Positions 38,063 through 48,418 of a stretch of 64,000 nucleotides of DNA are shown here, piece by piece. The translations under genes were made by a program, and so were the position numbers. The DNA comes from Spirochaetia bacterium. GTDB lineage: Bacteria; Spirochaetota; Spirochaetia; DSM-2461. The stretch is taken from NCBI GenBank assembly GCA_963668315.1, contig OY764216.1, forward strand, positions 640,001 to 704,000. The letters run 5' to 3'. Below the pieces are notes generated by a model. It saw only the letters and a list, made by a program, of their open reading frames with translations, did no database searches and had not been told where the DNA came from. How positions within the stretch are numbered: position 1 is the first letter of the stretch; each line of letters starts with the position of its first letter.

Positions 38063-38767
38063 CTAGTTTCTTCTTCCGAAAATCCTCAGAATGAAGAGGA
38101 ACATATTGATAAAATCCAGATAGAGCTTCAACGCTCCCAGGATCGAAAGCTTAACGTAGGAAGCCTCATCCACCTGATGACTCATCTGATCGCTCATCCG
38201 TTTAATCATCTGTGTGTCGTAAGCGGCCAGTCCGGTAAAGAGGAGCACGCCGATGTAGCTGTAGATGGTAGCGAAAAGGGAGTTGTAAAAGAACATATTT
38301 ATCAGGCCCGCAACAAGAAGGCCGATCAGTCCCATGAAGAGATAGTGTCCCCAGCTGGACATGTCCTTTTTCGTAACGGTGGCCCAGAAGCTGACAACAC
38401 CGAACATAACGGCGGCGGCGATGAATGCCGAAGAGATGTCGCTTCTCGTATAGACGAGGAAAATGATGGAAAGGGTCAGGCCATTGAGGGCGGAATAGCC
38501 AGTAAAAGCGGCCACGGCTCTTCCCGTGCTCATGCTCATTATATTGCGTGAGAGGTATATAACAAGGGCGAATTCAGCGATCATGAGAAGAATATAGGTC
38601 ATGCCGCTGTAAATCTGCCGGTACAGACCTCCCTGAATGACAACCCATGCCACGCCGGCGGTTATGAGAAGCCCCATGGTCATCCACAGGTAAACATTCC
38701 TTAAAATGGTCTGCTCCTTCTGTGCCTGGGCTTCCCGTGAAAATGATCTGTTGAATAAGTCAGACAT
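38063..38767 (-). CDS. Bax inhibitor-1/YccA family membrane protein
   Basis: VYLWM..GL, AYDTQMIK, GALKLYLDFINMF. Confidence 0.92.
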   Translation of the reverse strand: MSDLFNRSFSREAQAQKEQTILRNVYLWMTMGLLITAGVAWVVIQGGLYRQIYSGMTYILLMIAEFALVIYLSRNIMSMSTGRAVAAFTGYSALNGLTLSIIFLVYTRSDISSAFIAAAVMFGVVSFWATVTKKDMSSWGHYLFMGLIGLLVAGLINMFFYNSLFATIYSYIGVLLFTGLAAYDTQMIKRMSDQMSHQVDEASYVKLSILGALKLYLDFINMFLFILRIFGRRN

Positions 38768-38875
38768 GCTTTACTCCTTGTAGGCCCCTGCGGGGCTTTC
38801 ATTATTATAATACTGAATTCTGCGGGGGAAAACTACTAAAAAAACCCCGGGGATGGTTAAAGTTTTGTAATGTTT

Positions 38876-39505
38876 TCAAACGCCCAGAAGAAAATAGGCG
38901 AAAAAGCCCGTTCCCAGAGGAATGATCACATTATCGTAATCCTTCAGGGGTATGGCCTCAAGAAGGGTGGTAAAAAGGGCGAGAAGAAAGGCATCCACCA
39001 GATTTCGCGTTACAAGAAAGGAGGACAGATAGACGGCCCCGAAGCAGGCCAGGGAGCCCTCGAGCGTCTTGCCGTGAAGAAAGGGGACAACCGTTCTGCC
39101 CCAGACTTTGCCCACAAGGCTGGCTAAACCGTCACCGAAGGCCAGAGCGTAAATTGCCAGAGTGGACGCGGGGTGGGGAAAGAAAATCAAAGCCAGCAAA
39201 ACCCCCAGCAAAAGAGTGAGGGGCCCCAGGACGAAATGCCCTTTGTCCCTTTCACGGGATGCCAGCTCCGTAATCCAGGAGACGGGGGAAAAATTTCTTC
39301 TATGTTTAAAGCGGAAATATTCGTTGAATGTGTAACTGAAAAGACCGAAAACGACAGCCCAGATAGTCATCATGAGATTCAGAGAAGCAAAAAACGGAAC
39401 CAGAGCGATAAGCATATGTATAGACTTTCGTAAAAGTTCGTTTGCTAAGGAATAATGCTTTTTATCAATCACCGTCGCACTAATGGTCAAGCTCCTTACC
39501 GGCAT
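38876..39505 (-). CDS. Phosphatidate cytidylyltransferase / dolichol-phytol kinase family membrane protein
   Basis: ELLRKSIH, LAFGDGLASLVG, GKTLEGSLA, DNVIIP. Confidence 0.85.
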   Translation of the reverse strand: MPVRSLTISATVIDKKHYSLANELLRKSIHMLIALVPFFASLNLMMTIWAVVFGLFSYTFNEYFRFKHRRNFSPVSWITELASRERDKGHFVLGPLTLLLGVLLALIFFPHPASTLAIYALAFGDGLASLVGKVWGRTVVPFLHGKTLEGSLACFGAVYLSSFLVTRNLVDAFLLALFTTLLEAIPLKDYDNVIIPLGTGFFAYFLLGV

Positions 39506-39621
39506 AACCTACCATCCTTTTTTAAATCCTCGCCTAGTGACTACTAGTTTATAACCCCCCCGGTAAAAAAACAACGAAACTATTTTTTTTTTGCCAGAAA
39601 CCACCGAATTGACACAATTGT

Positions 39622-40761
39622 CTATTCGCGAAAGGAGATGGGCTGCCACTTGGCCGGATCGGTCATATTCGACGCAATCATTCCCATATCCACGTCCTTT
39701 GTCATTTCGGCGAACAGGTAGGATTCCCCTCCTACGTCAAAGGTATATCCCCCCCGGTCCACGGCCACTCCGGCCATGGCATGGGCGTACTCTTCGGATA
39801 CAAGCAGAATCCCGTCAATGCCGAAATGGTCAAGCAGAATGAGATAGGCCAGAGCCAGAGAATCGCAGTCTCCCACCCCTCTTACGGTACTGGCGAGGGG
39901 CGAAAGCAGATCGGAAAAAGTCCCGGAGCTGCCGTATTCAAAACCCTGAAACCAGTTCAGCAGAGTTTCCGCCGTTTCCAGAGATGATTTACCGGAGAAA
40001 TGCGGTTCCAGCGCCTCGTAAATTTCATCAAATCGGTGGAAATTATCCCGGTAGATAAGTTTGTAATAGCGGTCCCAGGCCAGGGCGGCGTCGGGAGTCC
40101 CACGATTATAATGGGTCAAAAGAGGCGCTTCCCGTTCAATAACCACCTGGGAGGCTTCCAGCTCAAAAGGATCGTAATCATATATGAAAGCCCTGCCGTT
40201 GAGAAAGTCGGTTTTCTTCTCGTAGGTCGCGTTTTCCTCGGGATAGAAGAGCCGGGAAATGATACCGGGTGATCTTCTTGATTCCTCTCCCGGACTGAAA
40301 CTATCCAGGCAGGAGAGAATATAGGGAAAGGCCGTTTCATAATCCCCTTCGGAGGAAAAAACAATAACCCGATAGTCAAAGTCGGCACCGTCGAGAAACA
40401 GGTACCACCCCCTGAAACGGTTCCCCCCGCTCTCAAAGGAGATATCGGCCAGCAGGGACTGCCATTCCAGATAGGGGAGCAGGGACTGATCGTTCTTCTG
40501 GGCCCCTATCCCCTCGGCGAAATACCGGTACATATCGTTGACATCATCGAACTGACTTCCCTCATACCAGGAGATCTGCATAATAACGCTCTGATCATCG
40601 GAAATGAAACTGAGATCCCTCGTCTCACCTTCTTCGCTATACATTTCCCATTTGACGGGAACATTAATACGGTAATTCCCCTCTTTCAGATAATACTGAT
40701 CCCCCCAGAGGGGAAAGAAGAATACCGTAGTGAAAAGGGCCGCGGCCAGTCGTATTTTCAT
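39622..40761 (-). CDS. Secreted protein with a C-terminal transglutaminase-like domain
   Basis: Signal peptide; GDCDS...HAMAGV...AEMT candidate Cys-His-Glu triad. Confidence 0.65.
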   Translation of the reverse strand: MKIRLAAALFTTVFFFPLWGDQYYLKEGNYRINVPVKWEMYSEEGETRDLSFISDDQSVIMQISWYEGSQFDDVNDMYRYFAEGIGAQKNDQSLLPYLEWQSLLADISFESGGNRFRGWYLFLDGADFDYRVIVFSSEGDYETAFPYILSCLDSFSPGEESRRSPGIISRLFYPEENATYEKKTDFLNGRAFIYDYDPFELEASQVVIEREAPLLTHYNRGTPDAALAWDRYYKLIYRDNFHRFDEIYEALEPHFSGKSSLETAETLLNWFQGFEYGSSGTFSDLLSPLASTVRGVGDCDSLALAYLILLDHFGIDGILLVSEEYAHAMAGVAVDRGGYTFDVGGESYLFAEMTKDVDMGMIASNMTDPAKWQPISFRE

Positions 40762-40803
40762 ATTTTATTTATCGGCAAAGAATTCCCCGATGCTTAACGG
40801 GCC

Positions 40804-41742
40804 CTAACGCTCTCGATTATTCCCGGCCCAGAAAATAACTCCCGTCCCGGCGGCCATCATGAGAAAACAGAGGATCTGGCCGGTGGAAAAGTTCAGGAGA
40901 GAATGGGTCAGGTTGAAGTTTTCCTCGGGGCCCCAGTTGATCACGTACCCGAGATTGGCGTCGGGCTCGCGGAAGTACTCGATGAAAAACCGGAAAAATC
41001 CGTAACCGAAGATATAGGATCCGATCATAAAGCCGTGAAAAGGTTTTCGGGGACGAATGACAAACCAGAGGATCAGCCCCAGAATGACGCCTTCAAATAA
41101 GGCTTCATACAATTGGGAGGGATGGCGCGGAAAATTAACCGAGCTTAACCCGCCCAGCCCGATGCCGAACTCGCGGGCCAGATCTTTAACCCAGTCCAAC
41201 TGGGTGGAGAAGCGGGACGCCTGGGGAAACCGCATTCCCCAGGGGACGGTGGTAACCCGCCCGTAAAGCTCTCCATTTATAAAGTTTCCCATTCGCCCGA
41301 AAAAATAGCCGAAGGGTATGGCCGTGCAGACCATGTCGCCCCAGAGCCAGACATTCAGCTTCTTCCTGCGGCAGTAAAAAATAAAACCGGCGGAAGCTCC
41401 CACCACGCCCCCGTGATAGGACATGCCCTGGAGACCGACGAGACGTCCGCCCTGAAAGGGCCAGAAGATAAGCCAGGGCCTGGTGAGATAGAGAAGACGG
41501 TCATCGGAATAGATGAAAACAGAGAAAAGCCGAGCCCCGAGAATCAGGCCCACAATCCCCCAGAAAAAGAAATCCCCTACCTGCTCTTTCTCCACTTCAA
41601 TTTTGTCCTTTTTCACCTGGAGGGAAAAAAAGAAATAAGCCAGCCCGAAGGCGATAATATACATGAGTCCATACCAGCGTACGGGGAACCCCGGAATAAT
41701 CTGAGGCCTGATCCAGGAGGGAAAATCAATATAGAAAGGCAT
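40804..41742 (-). CDS. lgt: Prolipoprotein diacylglyceryl transferase
   Basis: RWYGLMY, GMSYHGG, GRMGNFINGELYG, HPSQLYE, RFFIEYFREPD. Confidence 0.96.
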   Translation of the reverse strand: MPFYIDFPSWIRPQIIPGFPVRWYGLMYIIAFGLAYFFFSLQVKKDKIEVEKEQVGDFFFWGIVGLILGARLFSVFIYSDDRLLYLTRPWLIFWPFQGGRLVGLQGMSYHGGVVGASAGFIFYCRRKKLNVWLWGDMVCTAIPFGYFFGRMGNFINGELYGRVTTVPWGMRFPQASRFSTQLDWVKDLAREFGIGLGGLSSVNFPRHPSQLYEALFEGVILGLILWFVIRPRKPFHGFMIGSYIFGYGFFRFFIEYFREPDANLGYVINWGPEENFNLTHSLLNFSTGQILCFLMMAAGTGVIFWAGNNRER

Positions 41743-41783
41743 AAATAGAACTCCTTAATTTCTGGGAAGGGATTTTTTCCCCA

Positions 41784-44561
41784 TTATAGCGGTCTTTCGC
41801 TTATTTTACCGCTATTCCGGTCAAAATAGATCTCAACGGAGCGCTTTTTCGATTTCACCGTCATGGTACGGCCGTGGCTGTAGAACGTGGTCCCCACGTT
41901 CAGATCGCCCGTAACTTTGATGGATGATTCAAAATGCTCTTCAAATTTTTCCCGCAGAAGGAACAGTTTGACATTCTTTTTTTCTATGGTCTTCAGAATA
42001 CGCACCTTCTTGTCCCGGGCGTTCATCATAAGATCCTGTTTATCCGCGCGGCCTCTCGCCTTTTCGATGATTTCATCGACCCGCAAAATCTGCTGCTGGA
42101 GCTTTTCGGTCTCCCTGACAAGCTGGGAGATACGGTCTTCCACCAGAAAGTCCTGACCGAATTGGATGATGGTCTCCACTCCCCGCTCATTGCCGATGGA
42201 ATCCACGGTCAGGCCGTTGCGGACCTTGATCTCACCGCCTACAATGCGCGTTCCCGAATCGTCCGACTCTATCTGCCCGTTGCATCTGACCTGACAGCGC
42301 ATGATAGCCTTGCCGAAATGAATGGACTCGGCAGCCATGAGGGCGGCTTCCTCGGCGTATTCAAAACTGAGGGAAAGTCCTCTTAGTACAGCTTTCTCGC
42401 CGCCCTTAATCCCCTTTCCGATGGTTATCCTGTTCCCGGCCGAGACCAGGGCGGCCTGAACGACTCCCCCGATGTGAACATCCTCTCCGGCATTGATTAT
42501 GGCTCTGCTGAGCACCGATCCTTTGATCTCAACCACACCGGGAAAGATTATTTTTCCCAGGGTCACCGATAGGTCTCCCTCGATAGCAACGGTATCCTGG
42601 ACAAAAAGCTTGTTCCCCGTGAAAATGAGACGGCCGCTCTTTTCGGCGACGAGTTTGATCACGTCCTGCTCGTCGGTCTCCACTTCCCGGATATTCTCGC
42701 CGATTTCGACGGCTTCCTCATCCGCTTCAGGCCTGAGTTCCTCTCCCGTTACCGTATAACCTTCGGTGTCTCCCGAAGTAATCAGATAACCGATGTCATC
42801 TCCCTTCTTAAGGGAAACGGCATTCCTGTTTTTATCGCGGTAGTCAATGTCCTGAACAAGCTTGAGCTCCCGGGTACTGTCCATGGGCAGCTTTCCTTCG
42901 GCCACGACAAGGTCGGTGACCACTTCGCCCAGCCCGGAAGCCTCGGCCGCCTCATCCACCTTCTCGTTTAGAAGCCCCCTCTTCACGCCGGCTTTCTCCA
43001 GGGCTTCCTCGATATGCCGTCGGTCCGCGGGAAATCCCGTCCCCCGGGGAAGGCCGACGGAAAGGAAGGCGGCCATTTTATTGGATGAGATGGTTATATT
43101 TATGGGGGCGTTCGTATGTTCCCTGATCCGGGCATACCAGGTTCTGTTTTCCCTGTCTTCTCCCACTTCAAGGAGACCGGAGATCATGGCGGAACCGGCG
43201 CCGTTGCGGAAATCGATATTTTCAAAAAGATGAAGGATCGGGTCATTGCCCGGAAGTCCGGGAATAGGGTTGCCGAAGACGTCCTTTCCTTCCTTTCCCC
43301 TGACGTCGGCGCTGAGAGAGAAAATCTTCTGATCCTTCTCCACCACGGCTAGACTGCTGATATTCTCCATGGGAAAGACCTTAATCGATTCATAGAAGGA
43401 AACCAGGGACTCATCCAGCTCCACCTTATCCAAAAGGAGTTCGCGGTAGGAATCATCGAGAAACTTCACGGAAAAATTGACGTCCCTGTCTTTGCCCCGT
43501 TCCGGTTTTTCCGATTCACAGAGAAGAAGGGAGGTTTCCCGTTCGGCGGAATGATAAAATTTAAGAATCTCCTTTTTGGTCTTCTCCGTCTCAATACCCT
43601 TCAGGCCGGAGCTATTCAAAGCGGCACTGACATCCTTCAGAGAAAGGGATTTTCCCTTGCCCATTCCTTTTTTTAAGACAAGCCTTGCCGTCGTCCTGGA
43701 TGAATCCACTTCTATTTTTATTAAGCCGTCTTTCTCTTTCAGCAAGTTCAGTTCCGCCGGCTTCCGGGAATCAATGGTTGTATGAATAAAGGAATCGATC
43801 TCTTTCTCTTCCAGAAGATTATCCCGGGGAAATCCCTTTTCCACCGCTTCCTCACATATCTGGCCGCCCCGGGGCGGCTCAAAAGACCGCATTCCCGGCT
43901 CAAAGCGCAATATGGCCCCGCTGCCGTCCTTAGCCGGGATAATCTCCCAGCGGTGTTCCTGAAAGGGAATCAGATCAATCCAGTTCGATCCCAGCCTTAT
44001 GACTCCGCTCTTCTCGGCAAAAAGTTCTCCGTCGGGAGACTTTCCAATCCCTTTGCCGATTAAGAATTCCCCCTGTCCACTGGAGGAAGGAGCGATCTCA
44101 TTCCCGAAGACATCGATTCCAGGCCCGGGCGTCTCGGAAAATCCGTCCTTCAGCGAGCCCAGAGGCTCCCCTTCTTTGACGTAGGTGATTCCTTTCAGAG
44201 CGGAATCGACTTCTTTATCGAACTTAGGCGCCCCGGCCCTGCGTATGACCTCATTGATAATCCGGCGGAGCTGCTCGTCAAGCTCCCTTTCGGGCAGAGA
44301 GAAATTCACATTCCCATAGGAGACCGGCCTTCCCTGAGCCACGGGAACGGAGCGTGTTTTCTCATCTTGATCGCCGAACAGGGACAGACTCTCTTTTATT
44401 CTGTTCCTGTTGACGCCGTAAACGATACCCTTTCTTTCAAGAAGATGGATTACTTTCTGAAAATCCCACACTTCCCCGGGAGATTTCGGCGTATAGATCA
44501 GACGGACCTGAGTTTTCTCCGGATTGACGGAAATTTCAATTAAACCTTTTACCGTACCCAT
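41784..44561 (-). CDS. FapA/DUF342 family protein with repeated N-terminal modules
   Basis: Repeated G.DVFG..I modules; C-terminal beta-helix (GKIIFPGVVEIKGSV, IVGGEI) plus coiled coil. Confidence 0.8.
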   Translation of the reverse strand: MGTVKGLIEISVNPEKTQVRLIYTPKSPGEVWDFQKVIHLLERKGIVYGVNRNRIKESLSLFGDQDEKTRSVPVAQGRPVSYGNVNFSLPERELDEQLRRIINEVIRRAGAPKFDKEVDSALKGITYVKEGEPLGSLKDGFSETPGPGIDVFGNEIAPSSSGQGEFLIGKGIGKSPDGELFAEKSGVIRLGSNWIDLIPFQEHRWEIIPAKDGSGAILRFEPGMRSFEPPRGGQICEEAVEKGFPRDNLLEEKEIDSFIHTTIDSRKPAELNLLKEKDGLIKIEVDSSRTTARLVLKKGMGKGKSLSLKDVSAALNSSGLKGIETEKTKKEILKFYHSAERETSLLLCESEKPERGKDRDVNFSVKFLDDSYRELLLDKVELDESLVSFYESIKVFPMENISSLAVVEKDQKIFSLSADVRGKEGKDVFGNPIPGLPGNDPILHLFENIDFRNGAGSAMISGLLEVGEDRENRTWYARIREHTNAPINITISSNKMAAFLSVGLPRGTGFPADRRHIEEALEKAGVKRGLLNEKVDEAAEASGLGEVVTDLVVAEGKLPMDSTRELKLVQDIDYRDKNRNAVSLKKGDDIGYLITSGDTEGYTVTGEELRPEADEEAVEIGENIREVETDEQDVIKLVAEKSGRLIFTGNKLFVQDTVAIEGDLSVTLGKIIFPGVVEIKGSVLSRAIINAGEDVHIGGVVQAALVSAGNRITIGKGIKGGEKAVLRGLSLSFEYAEEAALMAAESIHFGKAIMRCQVRCNGQIESDDSGTRIVGGEIKVRNGLTVDSIGNERGVETIIQFGQDFLVEDRISQLVRETEKLQQQILRVDEIIEKARGRADKQDLMMNARDKKVRILKTIEKKNVKLFLLREKFEEHFESSIKVTGDLNVGTTFYSHGRTMTVKSKKRSVEIYFDRNSGKISERPL

Positions 44562-44567
44562 AGAAAC

Positions 44568-45713
44568 CTATTTATCTATGTACCCGGCTTTAATCGCCTT
44601 GGTGAGTTTATGCTTGAACAGGCGGTTCTCTTTTTTTAATTGGGTTAACTCATACTGCTGCATCTTAATTGTTTCTATCAGATCGCCCTGGGTCAGGGCT
44701 CCGCAGTGCAGGAGTTCTTCCAGCGATGTCTGCTTGTTCTCAAAATCCTGTTCAGCCTCATAGTTGGCTTCCAGAAAACTGGTGTCCCCGTCCCCCAGAG
44801 CCAGGGGCTCAACGGGAATGTCTTCCATCTCCATAATCTTATCGGCTATGCGGTACACCGCCTGGGAGAGAATGGACTGGGGCTTGTAAACGATGATGGG
44901 AAGCTGGGAGTTCAAGGCAAGATTCTGCAGATCGTCCCTGTAGATTATGCCCAGATGCTCCATTTCAAGCCCCAGATACTGCCGGCAAGAGAGCTTGAGC
45001 TTATTCGCCCGGTTGGTGTCCTTGGGATCTTCCAGCATATTCATTATAAGACGGGGGCGCATATGGGAGGTTTTCTCCATATACTCATTATAGACGTCTT
45101 CATCCAGTTTCTTAATATTGTCCAGAAGTTTCCCCACATGGATTTTCTGGAGGGAGACACCGTCTTTCCTCAGATTCTCCATATAGGTGAAAACCGGCGA
45201 ATCCCTCTTGAAACAGCTGTTAAGAACCCGGAAAACCGCATTTTTCAGAAATAGATAGGCATTCAGAGTCGATGTGAGCGTGGGGGTTGTCACCACGATG
45301 CCGCAGCTGGCCAGAAGGTAGAAATCCATGGTATTGAAGCTGGTTCCCGCCCCCAGGTCGAGGATGAGGAAATCGCACTCCAGCTTGGACAGATTGCGGA
45401 TAAGCCTGTTTTTCTCACCCGAGCGTATATTGGCCACACCGGGCAGCTCCGATTCTCCGGGGATAAACCTGAGGTTATCGAATGAGGTGGGGTAGATGAT
45501 CTCTTCCAGGGTAAGTTTGGAATTCTGCAAATAACTGCCTATGCCCGCGGCGACGGCCATCTGCCCCAGAATCAGGTGCAGATTCGATCCTCCCAGATCC
45601 AGGTCGGCCAGAACGACATCTTTTCCGGCTTGAGCAAGGGCAATGGCGAGATTGGCGGAAATGAGAGACTTTCCCACTCCCCCCTTACCACTGGCGACAG
45701 CTATCAATTGCAT
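44568..45713 (-). CDS. MinD/FlhG-family P-loop ATPase with a C-terminal coiled-coil extension
   Basis: ASGKGGVGKS, DLDLGGSNL, ILDLGAG. Confidence 0.88.
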   Translation of the reverse strand: MQLIAVASGKGGVGKSLISANLAIALAQAGKDVVLADLDLGGSNLHLILGQMAVAAGIGSYLQNSKLTLEEIIYPTSFDNLRFIPGESELPGVANIRSGEKNRLIRNLSKLECDFLILDLGAGTSFNTMDFYLLASCGIVVTTPTLTSTLNAYLFLKNAVFRVLNSCFKRDSPVFTYMENLRKDGVSLQKIHVGKLLDNIKKLDEDVYNEYMEKTSHMRPRLIMNMLEDPKDTNRANKLKLSCRQYLGLEMEHLGIIYRDDLQNLALNSQLPIIVYKPQSILSQAVYRIADKIMEMEDIPVEPLALGDGDTSFLEANYEAEQDFENKQTSLEELLHCGALTQGDLIETIKMQQYELTQLKKENRLFKHKLTKAIKAGYIDK

Positions 45714-45848
45714 GAGTACCTCCGGGAAAAGGACTTACCGATGGAACGGAATTCCTGTTTTTTCAGTTTAAGCGCTTAATAGGGGTAAGTCAACACATGG
45801 AGCGAATTGAACCTTGATTAAAGGGGCTGTTCCGCCTAGAATATTGAC

Positions 45849-47255
45849 ATGGAGCGAAAAGTGGAACGACGAATTTGGGCCCTTGCAACGATAACCCTCT
45901 CTTTACTATTGACGCTGACCGTTTTCTCTCCCCGCCTCTTTGCCGAAGCGGGGGATTCCGATCAGAACGGGAAAAGCACGGAACAATACATGCGGGAGCT
46001 GCAGTATACTTTTTATCTGCTTCTTCAGAACTATGTGGACGAAACGGATCCGGAAGTTCTGTTCGAAGGCGCGATGAAAGGTATGATGGACAGCCTGGAA
46101 GATCCCTACACGGTTTTTGTCCAGGATCTGTTCCTTCAGGATCTGAGCGATACGACCAGCGGACAGTTCGGCGGCGTGGGACTTTACATCACCACGGAAG
46201 TGTACGACGAGGAGAATCCCCGGGGGCGGCTTCCCTATGTCCGTGTCGTTTCCCCCATCGAGGGTACACCCGCCTATAAAGCGGGCATCCATGCGGGAGA
46301 TTACATCTTCGACATAGACGGTGTCTCCGCCGAAGGCTATACCTCCGACGAGGCTTCGGACAAACTGCGCGGCAAGGCGGGAACCACGGTAAATGTCACC
46401 TTCCTTCAGGAGGGGGGTATTAAATATAATGTGGATATCAAGAGAGCCGTCATCGAAATTCCCACTATTAAATACGATACTATCGGCGATATCGGCTACG
46501 TCAGAATCATTGAATTCACCCCCTATACGGCGGACCGGTTCGAAGAAGCGATAAAGAGCTTCCTCAAGGATGACTGCACATCGCTCATCGTGGATGTGAG
46601 GAGCAATCCGGGCGGGCTGCTCGAATCGGTGGTGGACGTGGCCGATTACTTCTTCAAGGACGGGGTCATCGTTTCCACCAAATCCCGCGTGGAATCGGAA
46701 AATGAAGTGTTTGAGGCCAAGCGGGGCGTTCTGGTACCGGAGGAGTGGCCCGTCGCCGTACTGATAGACCAGGGCTCCGCCTCGGCTGCGGAAATTCTGA
46801 CCGGGGCACTTAAGGACAGGGACAGGGCCACCGTCATTGGGGAAACCTCCTTCGGAAAGGGCTCCGTTCAGCAGTTCCTCCGCCTGGGGGATAACGCCAT
46901 TAAGATGACCACGGCCCGTTACTATACCCCTTCGGGCGTGAATATCGATAAGACCGGAATCGATCCGGATATTACCGTAGCCGCCCATGAGCTTACCGAT
47001 GATGAGTTCGAATCCTACAAAAAAATCGTAGAAGAGGACCGCATCGGCAATTTCGTCCGCGAAGAGGGGACACCGTCCTCCCGTAAGATCACTCAGTTCA
47101 TAAGGAATCTGGCCGACGAAGGCATCGTCATGGATGACTACTACCTGCGGGTCATGATTCAGAACGAAATCAACCGCCGGCTGGATAATCCCCCCGTCTA
47201 CAATCTGGAATACGACGACGCGCTGAAGAAAGCCGTGGAAGAGGTGGAGAGATAG
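45849..47255 (+). CDS. ctpA: Carboxy-terminal processing protease (S41 family)
   Basis: PDZ; DVRSNPGG, SASAAEI, TSFGKGSVQ, TTARYYTPSG. Confidence 0.92.
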   Translation: MERKVERRIWALATITLSLLLTLTVFSPRLFAEAGDSDQNGKSTEQYMRELQYTFYLLLQNYVDETDPEVLFEGAMKGMMDSLEDPYTVFVQDLFLQDLSDTTSGQFGGVGLYITTEVYDEENPRGRLPYVRVVSPIEGTPAYKAGIHAGDYIFDIDGVSAEGYTSDEASDKLRGKAGTTVNVTFLQEGGIKYNVDIKRAVIEIPTIKYDTIGDIGYVRIIEFTPYTADRFEEAIKSFLKDDCTSLIVDVRSNPGGLLESVVDVADYFFKDGVIVSTKSRVESENEVFEAKRGVLVPEEWPVAVLIDQGSASAAEILTGALKDRDRATVIGETSFGKGSVQQFLRLGDNAIKMTTARYYTPSGVNIDKTGIDPDITVAAHELTDDEFESYKKIVEEDRIGNFVREEGTPSSRKITQFIRNLADEGIVMDDYYLRVMIQNEINRRLDNPPVYNLEYDDALKKAVEEVER

Positions 47256-47660
47256 ATGGGCTTCCATACGATAAATGTCAAAACGACCAGAAGGACGGAA
47301 TTTATCGACATAAGCTATTCCGTGGCCGAAGCGGTGAAAAAGGACGGACTGGTAAACGGCATGGTTCTGGTCTACTGTCCCCATACGACGGCGGGTCTGA
47401 CGATCAACGAGAATGCCGACCCCGACGTTCAGAGGGATATGCTGGCGGAGCTGAACAAAATCGTCCCCTTCGATGACGGCTACGCCCACGGGGAGGGAAA
47501 TTCCGCCGCCCATATAAAGGCGACCATGACCGGACTGAGCGTGACCATACCCGTTCGGGACGGACACATGACTCTGGGAACCTGGCAGGGGATCTACTTC
47601 TGTGAATACGACGGCTCCCGCTCGCGGCGCGTCCATATTCAGACCATCAAGGAATCCTGA
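47256..47660 (+). CDS. YjbQ/UPF0047 family (secondary thiamine-phosphate synthase)
   Basis: PHTTAGLTINEN.DPDV, GNSAAHIK, LGTWQGIYFCEYDG. Confidence 0.93.
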   Translation: MGFHTINVKTTRRTEFIDISYSVAEAVKKDGLVNGMVLVYCPHTTAGLTINENADPDVQRDMLAELNKIVPFDDGYAHGEGNSAAHIKATMTGLSVTIPVRDGHMTLGTWQGIYFCEYDGSRSRRVHIQTIKES

Positions 47661-47665
47661 CAGGC

Positions 47666-48418
47666 ATGAAGCAGTTCCTACTCTCAGAAATTCCTTCCGC
47701 AGATGAGAATACCCTGAAACTGTCAGGCAAGGATTTTCATTATCTCTGCCACGTCCGACGCCTTTCTCCGGGAGACAAACTGAACGCCCGGGACAGGAAT
47801 GGCACAGCCTACCGTCTGATGCTTTCCGAAACGGGTTCGGATTCCGCCCTTTTTTCCATTGAGGAGCGGCTCTCCTCGGCCCCCCGGGAACAGTGGGACA
47901 TCACTCTCTTTCAGGCGCTGCCCAAGGGCAAGAAGATGGACCAGATCGTCCGCCAGGCCACCGAAGCGGGCGTCAAAACGATAGTCCCCTTCGAAAGCGA
48001 CCACTCCCTTGTTAAGCTGAGCACAGACAAGGACCGCAAGGCCAAGCAGGAGAGATGGGACCGCATCGTCAAGGAAGCGCTGCAGCAGAGCGGCTCGACA
48101 GTAGAGACCGCCGTGGAAGAGCCGACCTCCTTTTCCCGGCTGGAAAGCTTTCCCGGGGAAGGCATCGGGGGATTTTTCTGCCACCAGGAAGCCCTGGGGG
48201 ACGGATTGATTTATCCGGTTCTTTCCTCTGCCGGAGAAGGCCTCCGTGAAATAGGAATCGTCATAGGTCCGGAGGGCGGTTTATCCCCGGCAGAAGTGGA
48301 CAACCTTAAAAAATGGGGTTATGATTCGCTTTGGTTCGGCGATAATGTACTTAGAGCCGAAACGGCCGCCTTGTACGCCATCGCGGCGGTTAAAACGATT
48401 TTAAGGGAGTTGTCTTAG
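47666..48418 (+). CDS. rsmE: 16S rRNA m3U1498 methyltransferase
   Basis: HYLCHVRR, QATEAGV, EALQQS, IGPEGG, VLRAETA. Confidence 0.93.
   Translation: MKQFLLSEIPSADENTLKLSGKDFHYLCHVRRLSPGDKLNARDRNGTAYRLMLSETGSDSALFSIEERLSSAPREQWDITLFQALPKGKKMDQIVRQATEAGVKTIVPFESDHSLVKLSTDKDRKAKQERWDRIVKEALQQSGSTVETAVEEPTSFSRLESFPGEGIGGFFCHQEALGDGLIYPVLSSAGEGLREIGIVIGPEGGLSPAEVDNLKKWGYDSLWFGDNVLRAETAALYAIAAVKTILRELS

Noticed and set aside
45906..47636. 576-aa minus-strand ORF, and similar long antisense ORFs (10125-11312, 26644-27930, 362-1264)
   Set aside because: Shadows of well-supported genes on the opposite strand, with no recognisable motifs.
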